From Octopus vulgaris (taxonomy: Eukaryota): DNA of 64,000 nucleotides. The stretch is taken from contig OX597816.1 in NCBI GenBank assembly GCA_951406725.2, positions 33,666,001 to 33,730,000 on the forward strand, in the 5' to 3' direction. The notes beneath the pieces are model-generated. The model was not told where the DNA came from, made no database searches, and worked only from the letters and a program-made list of their open reading frames with translations. Both the position numbers and the translations under genes were made by a program. Below, piece after piece: positions 38,186 to 54,076 of this stretch; position 1 is the first letter of the stretch; each line of letters begins with the position of its first letter.

Positions 38186-41100
38186 TATGCGATCGACGAC
38201 TGAAATAAGTAAAAGCGTAAGAGAGGAAAGAGAAAATTATAAGCACGTTTCCGTGGTATGTTTAAAACTGATATTTGAGGATGCAGATTTGTTTCTATAT
38301 ACACTTGTTTTGGTATAATATAATACTATCACTTCTTTGGAGAATTAAAGTTGAGTTATAGAGTTGGCTATTATCTACATGGTTTTAGGGGTTGTTATTT
38401 TGTAAACTATGTGTTGTCCTATGATAAGTTGCTTCCGATGCCATAAATATGTGTGCGTGTACATACTAATACATAGTATTCAGCAAACTATGAGAGGGTG
38501 AGACAAGGACAGTTGACAGAGAAATAGATGGAGAAGGAAAAAGAGTGTTGGGTATGAGAGAGAATGATAGAGAGGGAAAGAAAGGAAAGTTAGTAAGAGA
38601 AAGAGAAGGAAATATCTGGTAACATCAAATTAAACTCAAATACCAATCTAATCAGTAAAATGATCCCTCTTGCCTCGGATCGATTTCGCAAGCGTCGCAG
38701 TACGCAATGATCGATACATTCTGACTGGAAATATTTATCTAAAAATGATTGATGGCAATCCAGGATATATTTCCACAGAAGTCGAGTAAATATCTAAATA
38801 TCTTACAACAGGAAGCAGAGAAACAATGAAAATAACCATTATTCAAAACACATTATTATTATTGATTGCAGTAGTAGTAGTAATAGTAGTAGTAGTAGTT
38901 CTGGTGGTGGTGACATTATAGCCATCGTTATTGTTAATATTATTAACAAAAGCCTTTTATTCATTCATAAGTAACATTAGTAACAGATATAAGATGTAGT
39001 TCTTGTTTTCCTTAGATATTCCTTGATCGAGGCTGGCGTTTTTATTACTTATATTATGTATGTCAATGCTATAGGTTCTTCGTTTTGATTTAGTTCTGTA
39101 TACATGTTCTTGTGTGTAAGTGTATGTATATATATATTTATACAAAAATGTCAGTGCACGCATATATCTTTATATACTGTTTCCGTGCTTCCTCCGCCTG
39201 ATGATATTGTTGTATTCCATTAACAAATAGAATAGTTCGGCTCCTATCTTCTCAGAGAAGATTCTCATTTCCCTGACGTGAATTCAGCAACCACAGGAGG
39301 CTTGCAAAAAGATAGTTGATTCTTGCTACCAATTGAATGAACATATATTGGGGAAAGAAAATAGAAGAAAAAATACACGCTGGGGGATTTTGACTGTGTC
39401 ATATACGGTTGTATTTGACAAGGAAGAATCTTAATTGTTTTATTTTTATTTTTTATATATACATACTCTTCTTTGTCTTTGCATCTCCTTCATGTATTGG
39501 CTGAATGGTAGAATGCAATGCTAAAAGCTGTAGAAGCTTAGTTATGAGAAACTAAGTGATAAAATATAATAATAAGCTTATGAGATATTTCTATTCGCTA
39601 TTTGATTATATTGTTATTATTATTATTATTATTGTTGTTGTTGTTGTTGTTGTTGTTGCTGTCGATATTATCATTATTATTATTATTATTAGAATATAGA
39701 TTTTGTTTCAAAAGATTTTAGTTCTGATTTCTGTAACGATAAACATTACTGATTGGTCTAAGACTCTGCAAAGAAAAGCAAGTCATCAACTCGCGACTTC
39801 CAAATCCCAAGAGATGGAATGCCAAACTTTACGATGGAAATCCGTAAAAAATATTGCAATCGAGTTGGTCGAATATTTCCATTCTCTTATTAATACTGTT
39901 AGTTAAGACTTATTTCTCTTGATCTCTCTCATAGCAATCATCATTACTATTTTTAAAATTATATACTTCTCTTTCTTCCTTTTCCTGATAACAGCAACAA
40001 CAACAATAATAATAGTGTTATTATTATTAATAATAATAATATAATTTTACTGCATTTTTATTATTAGTATTTCTACAAATGCAAACATTAAGAATTATAT
40101 TAATAATACTTCATCGTCGTCCCCATCACCCTTGTCATCATCACTAGCATAACCATCATATTTCCATTTCAGTTGGTACACGAATAATTGGTTGACGTAC
40201 ATGAACTATATTGATTCTTGACTATTGGTAATGTATCATATATGTCCTAAATCGATTTCAAGCGTACTATGTTGTAGCATAATCTGCTAAAATTGGCATT
40301 GAAATGTCCCTTAAATCATGTTACTTCATTTTAAATTCATTTAAAGGAGCATCTTGAATAATATAATTCTAGATACATTATGCCTTAAAAAACGGCTTGT
40401 AAGTTTGAGTTGAACTAACTCTAATTCTACCTTCTAGCTTATTCCGCAAGAAACTCTTTCACTACTTTCTGTATTTCCTTTTCATATAAACACAAAGACA
40501 TAACGACATTAAAATGTATTTTATATGAATTAATCAAATTTATGATTCATCGTTCGGTTCAAGCAATAAACAATGTTTATATAAAAAGTTATTTATGCAT
40601 TATATCTATTGATAACATTTAGAAATAAACTAAAACAAGTGTGACACATTTTGAAAATGGTATGTCTTAGAGGAAAACTAAAGATATATTTGAAATCAGC
40701 TTCCAAAGCACATTCAAAGGAAACTTATTTCTTCTCTGATAAAAGAAAAGAGTTTATTTTCTTGACCAGCGTTATCAGCCAAAAGACTACGTACAAGCAT
40801 CGCCTCAGTCAGTAAAATAAAGTAACTTCAAAACTTCAAACATTATTCAACAGGATATATATGTGTCTGTTTACGTGTGTCTGTGTGTGTGCGGGTGTCT
40901 CTGGGTGTGTGTCTCTGTGTGTATGTGCGTGAGTACGTTTTGAACTAGTTACATCAAAGGACGCTAATCTTTTTTACATTCCTCAGTAGGTCACCGCAGA
41001 TTTCATTGCAGCAGCTGATTATTGGGCATAGCTGTAAAAGATCATCGATATGTCTACTGATAATATCATGTCAATATTTAGTACTGGTATAAAATTTTCA

Positions 41101-41228
41101 GAATTATCTTTTTAAGCAGTAAAAGAGCGGCTCATAGACACCAGGTTCCAGATATTCCTGAAGCACCACATTTCTTCAAAGACCATTAGGACAGCAGGGA
41201 AGACAAGTGCAGCAGATCTACTAGAGTA

Positions 41229-41316
<88 letters not shown>

Positions 41317-42469
41317 CAAGTGGATGTCTTAAATCTATTCTGCACTTGCAATAACAGCCACGACAGCCATGCCAAGAACACAACAGCAATAAAATGTTAT
41401 TTCGGAACAAATATACCTGAAATATCACTACATTTATTCAATCTTAATTCTAAGAAGGATTCAACACACATTAATAATTAAACTACAATAAAGGGACTAC
41501 ATTTAACCTATGTAGACAAACATCTAACTAAATAGCAACCTACCCTTGACGTCCATACAAATAATATTCCAATCAATCTTCCATAGTTATTAATAAACAT
41601 TGTCATCTCAGTAGATATCAAATATATTACTTCCCAAGTAAAACAAATTTTTATTCAACTTAGCTTAACTAATTATACAATTCTAAGGTAATTACACTAT
41701 ATATCTATAGTGTAATATATTAAGGAAATTCATGTATTATTTGAAATTTACGACAACACAAAAGACGAAGACGGGTGTATGAACGACAAGCAGGTGTATT
41801 ATTTTAACTCTTGGGAAATTGAGAAAGTCTTTTCCGTTTCCAGCCTACTCTCTTTAACTGAAATGAATAACAAAAAATAAACAGAGAGAAAAAAATGTGA
41901 GTTTAGCGATCAAGCATGGCGACAATTTCTCGCGTCGTATATGCCTTATAGAGTGGCTGCAATTTCTTGAAAAACGACGTGCTCAGAGTGTTTGTATATA
42001 CTGATTACATGTTTGTGCTGTACATTAGCTGATCGTCCATTAGGTTACACGCCCTCATATGAACGTATCTGCGTACATGTGAGTGCATAAACAAAATTAC
42101 CCAAGAGAAATATTTTTTAAGAGTTAACAATGAGAATGTACAGTAGAATGTATTCGAAAACTAAGTTGAAACAGTTATATGAAATAGCGTACAAGGTAAA
42201 TTTTTATTTCAGTGTGAATATTCTTACTTCTGGGGAAAACTAAAAGAATCGAATGGCAGCAATACAGACTAACATAGAATAAGAAACTGAGGGGGTCTCA
42301 AGAAATAACAATCTGAAAATGATATGGCATTATGGGAAATATTGATTACGCTGGTGTCGGAGTCAGGACAAAAATCATTGTTGTGCATTACATATCAAGA
42401 AATATGATCACAGTAGATATCCTATCTTACTCTTGCAGATAAGGAAGTTGGACAGCCTCACATGCACTT

Positions 42470-42928
<459 letters not shown>

Positions 42929-43014
42929 TTGATTGATTGATTGATTCTAGTTTCAGCTTATGAGCTGTGGCCATGCTGGGGCACCGCCATTTGGTGTTGC
43001 TACTTGGTTTCACT

Positions 43015-45999
43015 TCATGGAGGCTTTCTAGCAACTGCTATTTGGTGCATGAGAGAGTTCGATGCAGCTGCCCTCATCTGCCCCTCCTGCCGTGAAGTTG
43101 GTTCATCTGGGACACCTGACAGGAAGAGATCCAGCTTCATTTTAAAGACATCTGTATCCACCCCATGCAGGTCTCTCAGGTTCTTCGGGAGGATATTGAA
43201 GAGCTGTGGGCCTCGGAAGCCCAGGCTATCACAGAATCTTGTCCTACATCTTGATGGCAGGTTTGGACTCCTAGGCACCACGCAGTGGCGCCCAGTTCTG
43301 GCATTTGCGTAACTCTCGATGCCAAAGTTCAGGACACTTCCCTCCAGGATCTTCCAGATGTATATTATGGCATATCTTTCCCGCCTACGCTCCAGGGAAT
43401 ATAATTTTAATCTCTTGAGTCTTTCCCAGTAGCTTACATTCTGCATAGAGGCTATCTTCTTTGTGTAGCTTCGTTGGATCGCCTCAAGTTCTGTGATCAA
43501 CTTGACACTGGATGGTGACCATAGCTGAGAGCAATAGTCAAAGTGGCTTAGGACAAGTGTCTTCCAGAGGACCATCATGGTTTTTGTTCTCTTGTTCTAA
43601 AGGTTCTAAGAATTCATCCAGCCAGCCGTCTACATTTCATTGTCAGTTTAGCAACATGTACATGAAAGGTCGCGTCATCAATCATGTGAATACCCAGGTC
43701 ACGCACTGATTGTGCCTCTGGGATTGCAATCCCTCCGGGTCCAGTGTATTCATTGGGTGTTGCATTCAGTTTTGCATGCTGATAGTATAAAGCTTGAAAC
43801 TTTCCAGCATTGAACTGCATGCTATTCTTTTCAGCCCACTTGTATATTTCGTCCAGCTCACATTGCAGGTGTTTAGTGTCCTCAGGGTTCTGTATTGCCT
43901 GTGAAACTTTTGTATCATCTGCATAACTTGTGATCGTGGTTCTCTGCGTGGCTGAGGGCATGTCTGAGAGGGTCATTATGAACAGTAGTGGTCCCAGAAC
44001 AGTGCCCTGCGGAACACCGCTCACTATTTGTGTGTTAATAGAGGTGGCCCCATTGGCTACTACCACCTGACTTCTATCCTTCAGAAAGTCATGAAGCCAT
44101 TCTCCCAGTTTTCCAACTATGTTGAGATCACGCAGTTTGTGACATATCATTCCATGATCGACTTTATCAAAGGCCTTTGCAAAGTCGAGATATATCACTT
44201 CCACATTTGAGTGGTTGAGCAGCCGTTTCAGCACCCAGTCATAGTGTTGTAGGAGCTGAGTTAAACAGCTTCTCCCTGGTCGGAAACCATGTTGGGTGTC
44301 GGGCAGCAAGTCATTCTCTTCAAGGAAGGTGATCAGCTTCCTTCTGACTATTCGTTCCATGACCTTGCTGATGTGTGAGGTCAGAGAGATAGGTCTATAG
44401 TTCTTGGCTCCCGCTCTGCTACCTCCTTTACGAATGGGGCATATGTTACCTTCCTTCAGTTTTCCTGGAAGTTTGCCAGCTGCAAGGAAGCTCTGAAAGT
44501 GGTCTTGCTAGGACTCTCTTACATGCTTTTAGGAGGATTGCCGGGAATCCATCGGGGCCAGTAGCTGAGTCTGTTTTCATTTCATCTATAGCCTTGGTTA
44601 CATCGTCTTCCTTTATATCGATGTAATCTATCGTCGCCGCCTCTGATTTTATATCTGCAGTGGTAAAAAAGTCAGTTGGATTGGTGATTTGGAGATGCCC
44701 AAGGGGTGAAGTGAAAACACTCTTGAATTGCTCATTCAGTATTTCACTTACCCTCATTGGTTTTCCTGTAAGTGTGCCATCCTTTTCGAGGAGTGGCCCT
44801 ATTCTACAGTGCACTGTAGCTGTTTCTTTGGCATACCTGTAGAAAGCTCTGGTGTTAGATTTTATGTTTTCTATAGCCCAGGCTTCTTTGTCTGCTCTTT
44901 CTTTTTCATGGGAGAGTTGCAGACATTTTTCGATTTCCAACAGTTTTATTTTTAGGCGGGACATTTCACTGCTTTCAATCTGTTTGTTTAGGCGATTTGA
45001 AAATTTCGTACGCCGTCTCATTAAAATTTTCCTCCCTCTGGGGATTTTTTTCTTGTGTACAGTGGCCTTTCTCTCTGGGACACATTTGTAGCATATGGCT
45101 TGCATTACAGACATGAATTGTTGAAGTTTCACGTCGATGTCTGGCGAGGAGAGACATTTAGGCCAGTTTTGTTTGAGGATCTCTTTCTCAATTTGTTTCC
45201 AGTTTGCCTTATGGTAGTTCAAGCTGGAAAGATTTTGAGGGTTTCTTGTAGGTTGCATGTCCGTGCTCTCTTTTGGCCCGTACATGGTCAGCTCTATCAT
45301 GTTGTGATCCGAGAGTAGTGTCGGTGTCACTTTCACATTATGGATGAGATCCATGTCATTTGTGAAGCAGAGATCCAGTGTGTTACCTGCCCTGGTTGGT
45401 TGGAGTATTACCTGCTCCATGTACAGGGTGTTGATGAGGTTCAGGAGGGACCTCGCCTGTCCTCGTTCACATCTTGTCATTCCTGGGAGAGAAAGGCCCT
45501 CGGGCCATCTGACATTGGGCAGATTGAAGTCTCCCATAAGAAGCACACCTATGTGTTGTTCTAATGTGGTTAGAATTTCTTCTATTTTTATAAGGCAGTC
45601 TTCAATCTTGCCCACATGGCTTGGGGCATCTGTAGGGCGATATGTAGCACACACAACTACATCAAGTTGCCTAATATGTACAATTAGTGTGTCACACACC
45701 GAGTTTGAGTATGACAAGAGGACCTGGGGTGTGAGGTCCTCACGGATGTACATAGCAACACCTCCATGACTCCTTTCTTTCCTGTCGGTCCGTAGTACAG
45801 CATACTGTGGTATGTGTAACTCCGCATCTGCTATGTCCGGTTTCAGGTGCGTTTCTGTAAGTGCTATGCATAAGGCTTGATTGCATGCAACAAAGTCTCT
45901 CAGGAACGGGATCTTTGTCCTGTTACTGAGTGTTTGCAGTCCTCTGATGTTCAGTAGGAGTATCGAGGTGAGGTGTACGTTGTTGCCGGCGGTGTCCAT
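43015..45999 (-). pseudogene. LINE ORF2 (APE endonuclease plus reverse transcriptase), disrupted
   Basis: APE motifs LLNIRGL, LTETHL, GGVAMY, MGDFN, TLDLCF, SDHN. RT motifs NYRPISLTS, QHGFR, YLDFAKAFDKV, GVPQGTVLGP, YADD. Lesions: a frameshifting deletion near 44495, TGA in place of Trp at 43614-43616, and a 1-bp deletion near 43580. Confidence 0.93.
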
Positions 46000-46715
46000 C
46001 CTGTGTCTGTTTGCTGTGGTGGTCTGGTATATAGTGGGTAGTCCCACCTGCGGTCTTGGGTTTGATGAAGCCAGGTCAGCTGCTGTACAATCTTTAGTGC
46101 CATGCATTGTTGCTCAGCAGCTGCTCTTTCGACAACATCATGTTGGCTGTTTGTGGCGCGCACAACATCTGCGTACCTCCGCTTTGGGGCAGGTGGTGCG
46201 TGGTCCATCCCTTTTCTTTGTGTTGATGGTTTGTCCATCTGCCTCGTGTCTCTGTGGCAGGGTCCCCGTTGTGCAAAGCGGCAGCCTGCACCTTCCTTTC
46301 CATGCCAGCAGGAACCTCTCAGGTAGAACATACACACCCGTGTGCGCTGTTTGGTTCCATCCTTTGCGGTTCCACTTCTATTCCTGGTTGTTTCACTCTT
46401 TGGTCCTGCTTGAGCTTTTTCTTTTCCTTTAGTTCTTCCAGTCCTTCTTTTAGTTCTTCTTCCTCCCTCTACCTCTTCACCGGGTTCTCCGTCTCCATGG
46501 CCCTTGCTGCCGGTTGGAGAACTTGCACCTGGGTTCACTTCCCGGGCAGGTTTCTCATTCAAAACCTCCTCCCGGAGGTCCACCAGGTGGGGGAGACTTC
46601 TTTCATCGTCTCCCTTCTTGCCATCTTTGCCCCGCTCGTTCTCAAAGATGGCATCAAGTGCGCCAATGTGCGACCGTACAAGCGCATATGAGCGCACGAA
46701 TTCCTGTCTCTGCAC
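45951..46715 (-). CDS. LINE ORF1-like protein (acidic/basic low-complexity region plus CCCH-type finger), probably 5'-truncated
   Basis: 254-codon open frame upstream of and overlapping ORF2. It contains C-x7-C-x8-C-x3-Q at 46269-46334 (CAA, one substitution from His). It starts at GTG, not ATG. Confidence 0.75.
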   Translation of the reverse strand: MQRQEFVRSYALVRSHIGALDAIFENERGKDGKKGDDERSLPHLVDLREEVLNEKPAREVNPGASSPTGSKGHGDGEPGEEVEGGRRTKRRTGRTKGKEKAQAGPKSETTRNRSGTAKDGTKQRTRVCMFYLRGSCWHGKEGAGCRFAQRGPCHRDTRQMDKPSTQRKGMDHAPPAPKRRYADVVRATNSQHDVVERAAAEQQCMALKIVQQLTWLHQTQDRRWDYPLYTRPPQQTDTGWTPPATTYTSPRYSY

Positions 46716-46730
46716 GAATTCCTCTCCACG

Positions 46731-47861
<1,131 letters not shown>

Positions 47862-48155
47862 AAAAAAATAAAAATGTGTGTATGTATGTATGTATGCACA
47901 CACGCAGCGTGTGTGTGCGCGCATATCTTCATGTATTCAACGGGTGCCGTACATCATGCTGTCATACACTTATTCACTTCATGTGTTTCACACTCACTGA
48001 ATATATTTGATATCCAATGCGGTGACAATGTGAAATAATACCATGGATATAAATCTGCTAGTTACGCAAAATCTATCAGTATCTTTCTATATTTTTCTCA
48101 GTCACACTTTTTCTTTCTATGCGTACGTTATATATATATATATATATATAGAGAG

Positions 48156-48200
<45 letters not shown>

Positions 48201-48791
48201 TATAGAGAGAGATACTTAGATAGATGTATGTATGTATGTATGTATGTATATATATCCGTTTGCGTAGTGCGATGGGTGTGAGTGCGCGCTTATACATCAA
48301 TGCCTATAGGTATTTTCAGAAGCAGGTGTAGTATTACTTATATTTGAAGATGTAATTAGTCCAGCTAACAAGAAACACGCTGTCCATTAATTTAACATTC
48401 TCAAGAAGAAATAATAATATACCAAACTTATATTTAATTTACAGTTGGAAAATATTAATGAGTCAATTAGCGTTGACAAACTACTAAAGTAATAACATAG
48501 TACGGTATAGTTATAGTACGCGTGCTAATTAGTTGTCACTAATTTTGAATTTATAGCTTATGTTTTAGCCACAGAATATAACGGCAGTTTTCTAGTTTCT
48601 TTTGTTCTATTTCAACGTTTTGTTCTTTTATATGACCATAATCCAATTTGCCAGTTTTCAGAGTCTCCTAATGTCTCTTTTACCCACGTTTCTTTCTATC
48701 ATTCACAAATAGTAAATTTATACATTAAAATCACCACGCACGAGAAAACACTCACCTACACATATACACACTATATGCGTGTGTGTGTGTG

Positions 48792-48825
<34 letters not shown>

Positions 48826-49499
48826 AAGAGCGTGTGTGTATGCGTGTATTTGCCGGGTGTTCCTAGGATCTGCATTAATCATAATTATCCATCTTGTCGA
48901 AGGCACTGCACGATTTCTTTGAGTGATAGATGACTGTGAAAAATAATGAAAGACTGCTATAATCAAAGTTAATGTAGTGAAAGCGAAATGTTGTTCCGTT
49001 GGGTGATAAACTACATTAATTCTATGGAAGCCTACATATACGATCCAGGAAATCTTCTGCAATATAACATCATTTTTTATATATTTTTCATCATATATTT
49101 TCGTAATATGTTTATCTTTTTATCTATCACCATCGTATAATATCCACGGTAATAAAACAGATATACAATTGAAGTAAATGTACGATTGACAGGAATGTGA
49201 CGAACATAAGAGGACAGCAATGTTTTTTTTTAATAGTTGAATCTTAAGTGTCTTCACTCGAAATTATGCAACGTCCTTGACGTACCAAATCAATCTAAAA
49301 TTATTTCTGCTTTAAATGCCTTTCGTGGGTTACACTTGCATTAAAAAAAAATATTTCTTCACAGACGAGTAGGAAAAAGATTGGCGATTAAATAAAAAAC
49401 AAAACAGACTTAGATGTGTAGCAGTGAATATTGTTTCGACGTGGTGATAATGCGAATATTTTATTAAAGTAAAGTAGTGAATTGTGTTATGTTAGGCAT

Positions 49500-49590
49500 T
49501 GATTTCACGCAATAAAGATCCCACTGCGTGGAATCTTGGTTAAGCGTTCTCTGCTATAGCCTCGGAGCGACCAAAGTCTTGTGTGTGATC
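49500..49590 (+). mobile_element. Degenerate SINE family A head fragment
   Basis: gatcccactgcgtggaatcttggttaagcgttctctgctatagcctcggagcgaccaaagtcttgtg. Confidence 0.65.
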
Positions 49591-50037
49591 CATACACTCT
49601 CGATAGCATCACATAAAGCTTATCCACAGCAGGCTTTACTGCAGGCAGTCGTGCAGTGTTAACCCCTTGATAACTTATGGAGTTACGCTGAACAACTGAT
49701 TTTAAGTTATGACGTATCTGGAAATGACCAAACTTTATCGTGAATAACGGGACACCGAGAAGAGCAAACAGATTTCCTCATTTGTAATGAACGAGACTGA
49801 AAGAAATGAAAAGAAACTGTTTTGTTTTCAGCGAAATCTACATCGACTTTTTCTATTCATAATCGGATTTGGGAGAGGAGAGCTGGGGAAAGAATCCTCT
49901 CCCAGGATGCGCTTGGAGGCTGCTAAAAATTAAGGAGGGTCGAGAAGTACATGCCATGGTGCGCATGGTGATTTATATCCCTCAGGATCTGTAAAGTTCC
50001 CCAGAAATATGAGATCGTGTGAGAAGTAATTTACACT

Positions 50038-50245
50038 GGCGGCGAGCTGCCAGATTAGTTAGCAGGACGGCCAAAATGCTTAGCTGTATTTCGTCCGTCT
50101 TTACATTCTAGGTTCAAATTTTACTAAGGTTAACATTGCGTTTCATCATTTAGGGCACAATAAAATAAGTAGCAGTTGAGGAATTGGGTCGATGTAATTC
50201 ACACAATCACTTCCTCGAGCTTTCTGGCCTTGTGTCAAATTATAA
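50038..50245 (+). mobile_element. SINE family B, degenerate
   Basis: ggcggcgagctgccagattagttagcag...aaatgcttagctgtatttcgtccgtctttacattctaggttcaaatt...gggtcgatgtaat. Confidence 0.82.
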
Positions 50246-51689
50246 ATTATTATCCTTACCACCACTGGTTTTGTTGACTCAAAACTGTATTAGGTGGGCA
50301 GAAACACTGTTAACCAGTCCAGTCACTTTGCAGTATTTCGCTTACTTCTTGAAAGTTCTACTTTATGACTGACAATGATTTTGATATACACAGCATTCAG
50401 ACGAAGGAATGAAATAATATATAGGAAAGAAATTCGATCCGGGAAAGGGTGTCAATAAGATTGAAAAACTGCCTTCCTAAGATTTTCTTGGAACCTGAGC
50501 CAATGAAAAAAATCAATATTATTGTATTTGACAGGGGAGTAGATGTGTAGCTAAATGAAAGCAACAATGTAACTTGTTTCTGATGTACATTTTTTTCCAG
50601 TACTTATCTGAAGTTACTTTGAACGAAACTAGTGAAATATTTTGGGATAAATTTTAGTGGTAGATATAATTTTGGCCAATATTGTGAATATCATGTAATG
50701 TGTGCACTTCATTACAACGTTCATTTAGCCATAATGGGGCCACTGGCTTTGATATTTGCTTGTATGTGTGTGTGAGGGGGGAGTAAAACAACAGACAACG
50801 ATTGGACCAATGAGAGACGGCAACAAATTTCTAGAAAGTGAAATAGATGCATATTAACATACCGTATAAAAACCAAATTAGGCAGAAAGGACACAATGCT
50901 ATCATGCAGATTGCAATATTATATTTTAGTCGAAACCGAAGTTGCCTCAATTCCTGCATAGCAGTTCTTAATCTGGATTTTCAGTAACATACGTTGGATT
51001 ACCAGTATATATAACGAAGCATTCCTTCCTGAAAGTGCTGGCTACGTAATCTTGCTGTGAAGAACGGAATAGCCAGTAACCCGGTGTTTCAGTGATTGTA
51101 CTATTTATTCAGATTGTAGAAATGACAAGTTGGAGTCTTTATTTATAATTTTGTTTCTAAATACAGCATAAATAATTCAGCTGTTTCATATTCCTTTCTC
51201 CCTTTTAAAATTTTCCCGAAGAAGGAAATTATTCGAAACGTTGGATTTTTCACTCATCACGGCAATTTCACTACACATATTCCATCGAATGCTATATGAC
51301 TGGAATTATGTCCAAGCCAAATTCTACAACGCACTGCACGATATATTGACTTTATATTAAAAGCTGAAGTAGTATTAGTGACATTATATATGCACGCTTG
51401 AATCTTGAAAAGTGTTTCCCAGTTGCAATAAAAGAATTATAATTTCGAACGAAATGCTAAGTCTTAGACTTAGTTGCCAGGAACTCATTCCATTTTACTT
51501 GGCAAATACACTTAAAAGTTTCAGATACTTTGACATGCTTCACGTGCGAGTAATATATAATATGGTGCGACCTTGCAAACACGCTTATGTATACATGTTC
51601 AGACTCACATCTACTGACACACATATTTACATATAAAAACATATACACATTCATATAAAATATGTGTACACTACATGGCGTGAGATATA

Positions 51690-51838
51690 TATATATGTAC
51701 ATACTTCTATGAGTACATACATAATACATATACACACAGATATGTCTGCATATATATATATATATATATATACATACACATATATACATATGTATATATA
51801 TATATATACATATGTAGATATACAAATGTATATATATG

Positions 51839-51870
<32 letters not shown>

Positions 51871-51935
51871 CTTATATGCATATCTATATTCAAATTTATA
51901 CACATATATACGTATACGTATATATATACATACAT

Positions 51936-51968
<33 letters not shown>

Positions 51969-52106
51969 CATATATATGCATATACGTATATATACACATA
52001 TGCACACATACATATATACCTACATATGTATACATATATACATAAATATACACACTTATACACACACATATATATATTTTTACACATATATAATACATAC
52101 ATATAC

Positions 52107-52144
<38 letters not shown>

Positions 52145-52170
52145 GCACATATACATATATACATACAAAT
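51690..52170. repeat. Degenerate (TA)/(CA)n array
   Basis: Direct reading. Confidence 0.9.
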
Positions 52171-53577
52171 GTTTTCGTGTTTATGTGTGTGTGTGTCTGT
52201 GTTTATTTGAAGTACATTAATCATGTTCGATATCGATAAGTAATGGCGATTCTCTTTCTGCTTCTTGAAGCAGTATATATAGGATTACTATATTGTATTT
52301 ACATACGATATATATATATATATATATATATAGTATATATATAGCAACAAACCCATTCTGCAGCTACTTACTCCTGCAATCGCTGCTGCATAGGGATTCC
52401 TGCAAATATAATTCGGAATATTACCGATTTCTTTCGACTAGGCACACAGCCAATTGGAAATGCTTGTTACATTTAATGGAAACGCCTCGGGTATCTCAGG
52501 ATATTTTTTTTTTTATATCGACCCTCGAGTCGTTGTTTTCGTTGCTGGATTTGAAGAACAATATATGAGTTAAATGCAGTCATTGGAACGACTAGTTTGT
52601 ATGGATTTGATTGGATATATTTGTGACAGAAGCACACTTGCATTAACTATCACAAACTTATCAATATTTTATATGTGCATACATTCATTCACACACACAA
52701 ATTTACATGTATCTATATAAGAGAGTGTATATATTTATTGCGCAATATATGAACTCAACAGATACAGTGATACACATGAGGTTGCTCATTGAATACATCG
52801 AACAACAAACAAGATTGTAAACCAAAGGAAAATATGTGTCTGTATTAGGCAACGAATAACAAGATATAGTTTACGTTATACTGTTGAGGTACGAAATGGT
52901 AGAGTATAAACTAACTATTTCTACCAGGTTGAGAGACAATGTAAGAAGCATTTACCTAAAGCATCATAAGTTTTGTATATAAGCGTTGTATATCTCCTTC
53001 TTCCAGCAAGGTGATATACATATATTAATGTACATATACACGTGTAAATACATACAGAAGTATACAGGCACACACACACACAAGTTATACATAAACACAA
53101 ACACGCGCGCACACACATATATGTGTCTATATGTATACATATAAATATATATAAATGTATATACGTTGATATATATATATGTATACATATATATATAAAT
53201 ACAAAAATATACATAAATACATATACACACATATATATATATATACACAAACACACACACACACATATATATATATATACACATATATAAATATATACAT
53301 GAAATGAGTGTAGGTGTATGTCAAGTCCTATTCGCGAAACGTTCACAGCAACGCATACTCGGCGTAGTATTACTATACACAATCCTGTCTCGTCCCTAAT
53401 AAGAATTCTACGCATGATGAAGTCTCCTCTGTCATTACCTCAAAGTATTTGAAAATTTGAAAACTCATCATAGTATTTAACCGTCGATAAGTCTAGATTA
53501 CCGTAGGCGGATTTATAAATATATATATATATGTGTGTGTGTCTGTGTGTGTGTGTCTGTATGTATGTATCTATATT

Positions 53578-53653
<76 letters not shown>

Positions 53654-53990
53654 AGATCTCAACTTTATGTCTTACCTACGATAATATATTGTTATATATC
53701 TTTCTCTCTAGATAACATACACTTGTTTCATCCTAACGATAATGTCTCCACTTGAAACAATTCCCCTTTATATATAAATCCAACTCTTCCTCTATCCTAC
53801 CTAGGTATACAAAACAACATATAAACAATCATTTATAAGTATACATCTACCTACTCACGAACCTATCTCTGTACGTATCTATCTATCCATGAGTGTGTGT
53901 TTATACACAGACGTTTGCTTATACAAATACATACATTCACATAAGTATTCACAGACATTTTCTATATAAATATCAACTTATATGCGCGCG

Positions 53991-54076
<86 letters not shown>

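Larger units (their letters stand above)
42929..46730 (-). mobile_element. Near-full-length (about 3.8 kb) CR1-group LINE, copy 3, inactivated
   Basis: ORF1, then APE endonuclease, RT and a CR1-type C-terminus; tail GGCGGTGCCCCAGCATGGCCACAGCTCATAAGCTGAAAC plus AATC repeats. (TA)n lies on both sides. ORF1 is open back to the TA array with no ATG, so it is probably 5'-truncated. Confidence 0.95.

Noticed and set aside
49870-49904. Perfect 10-bp inverted repeat TGGGAGAGGA/TCCTCTCCCA
   Set aside because: An isolated short hairpin with no supporting context; plausible by chance in purine/pyrimidine-skewed DNA.
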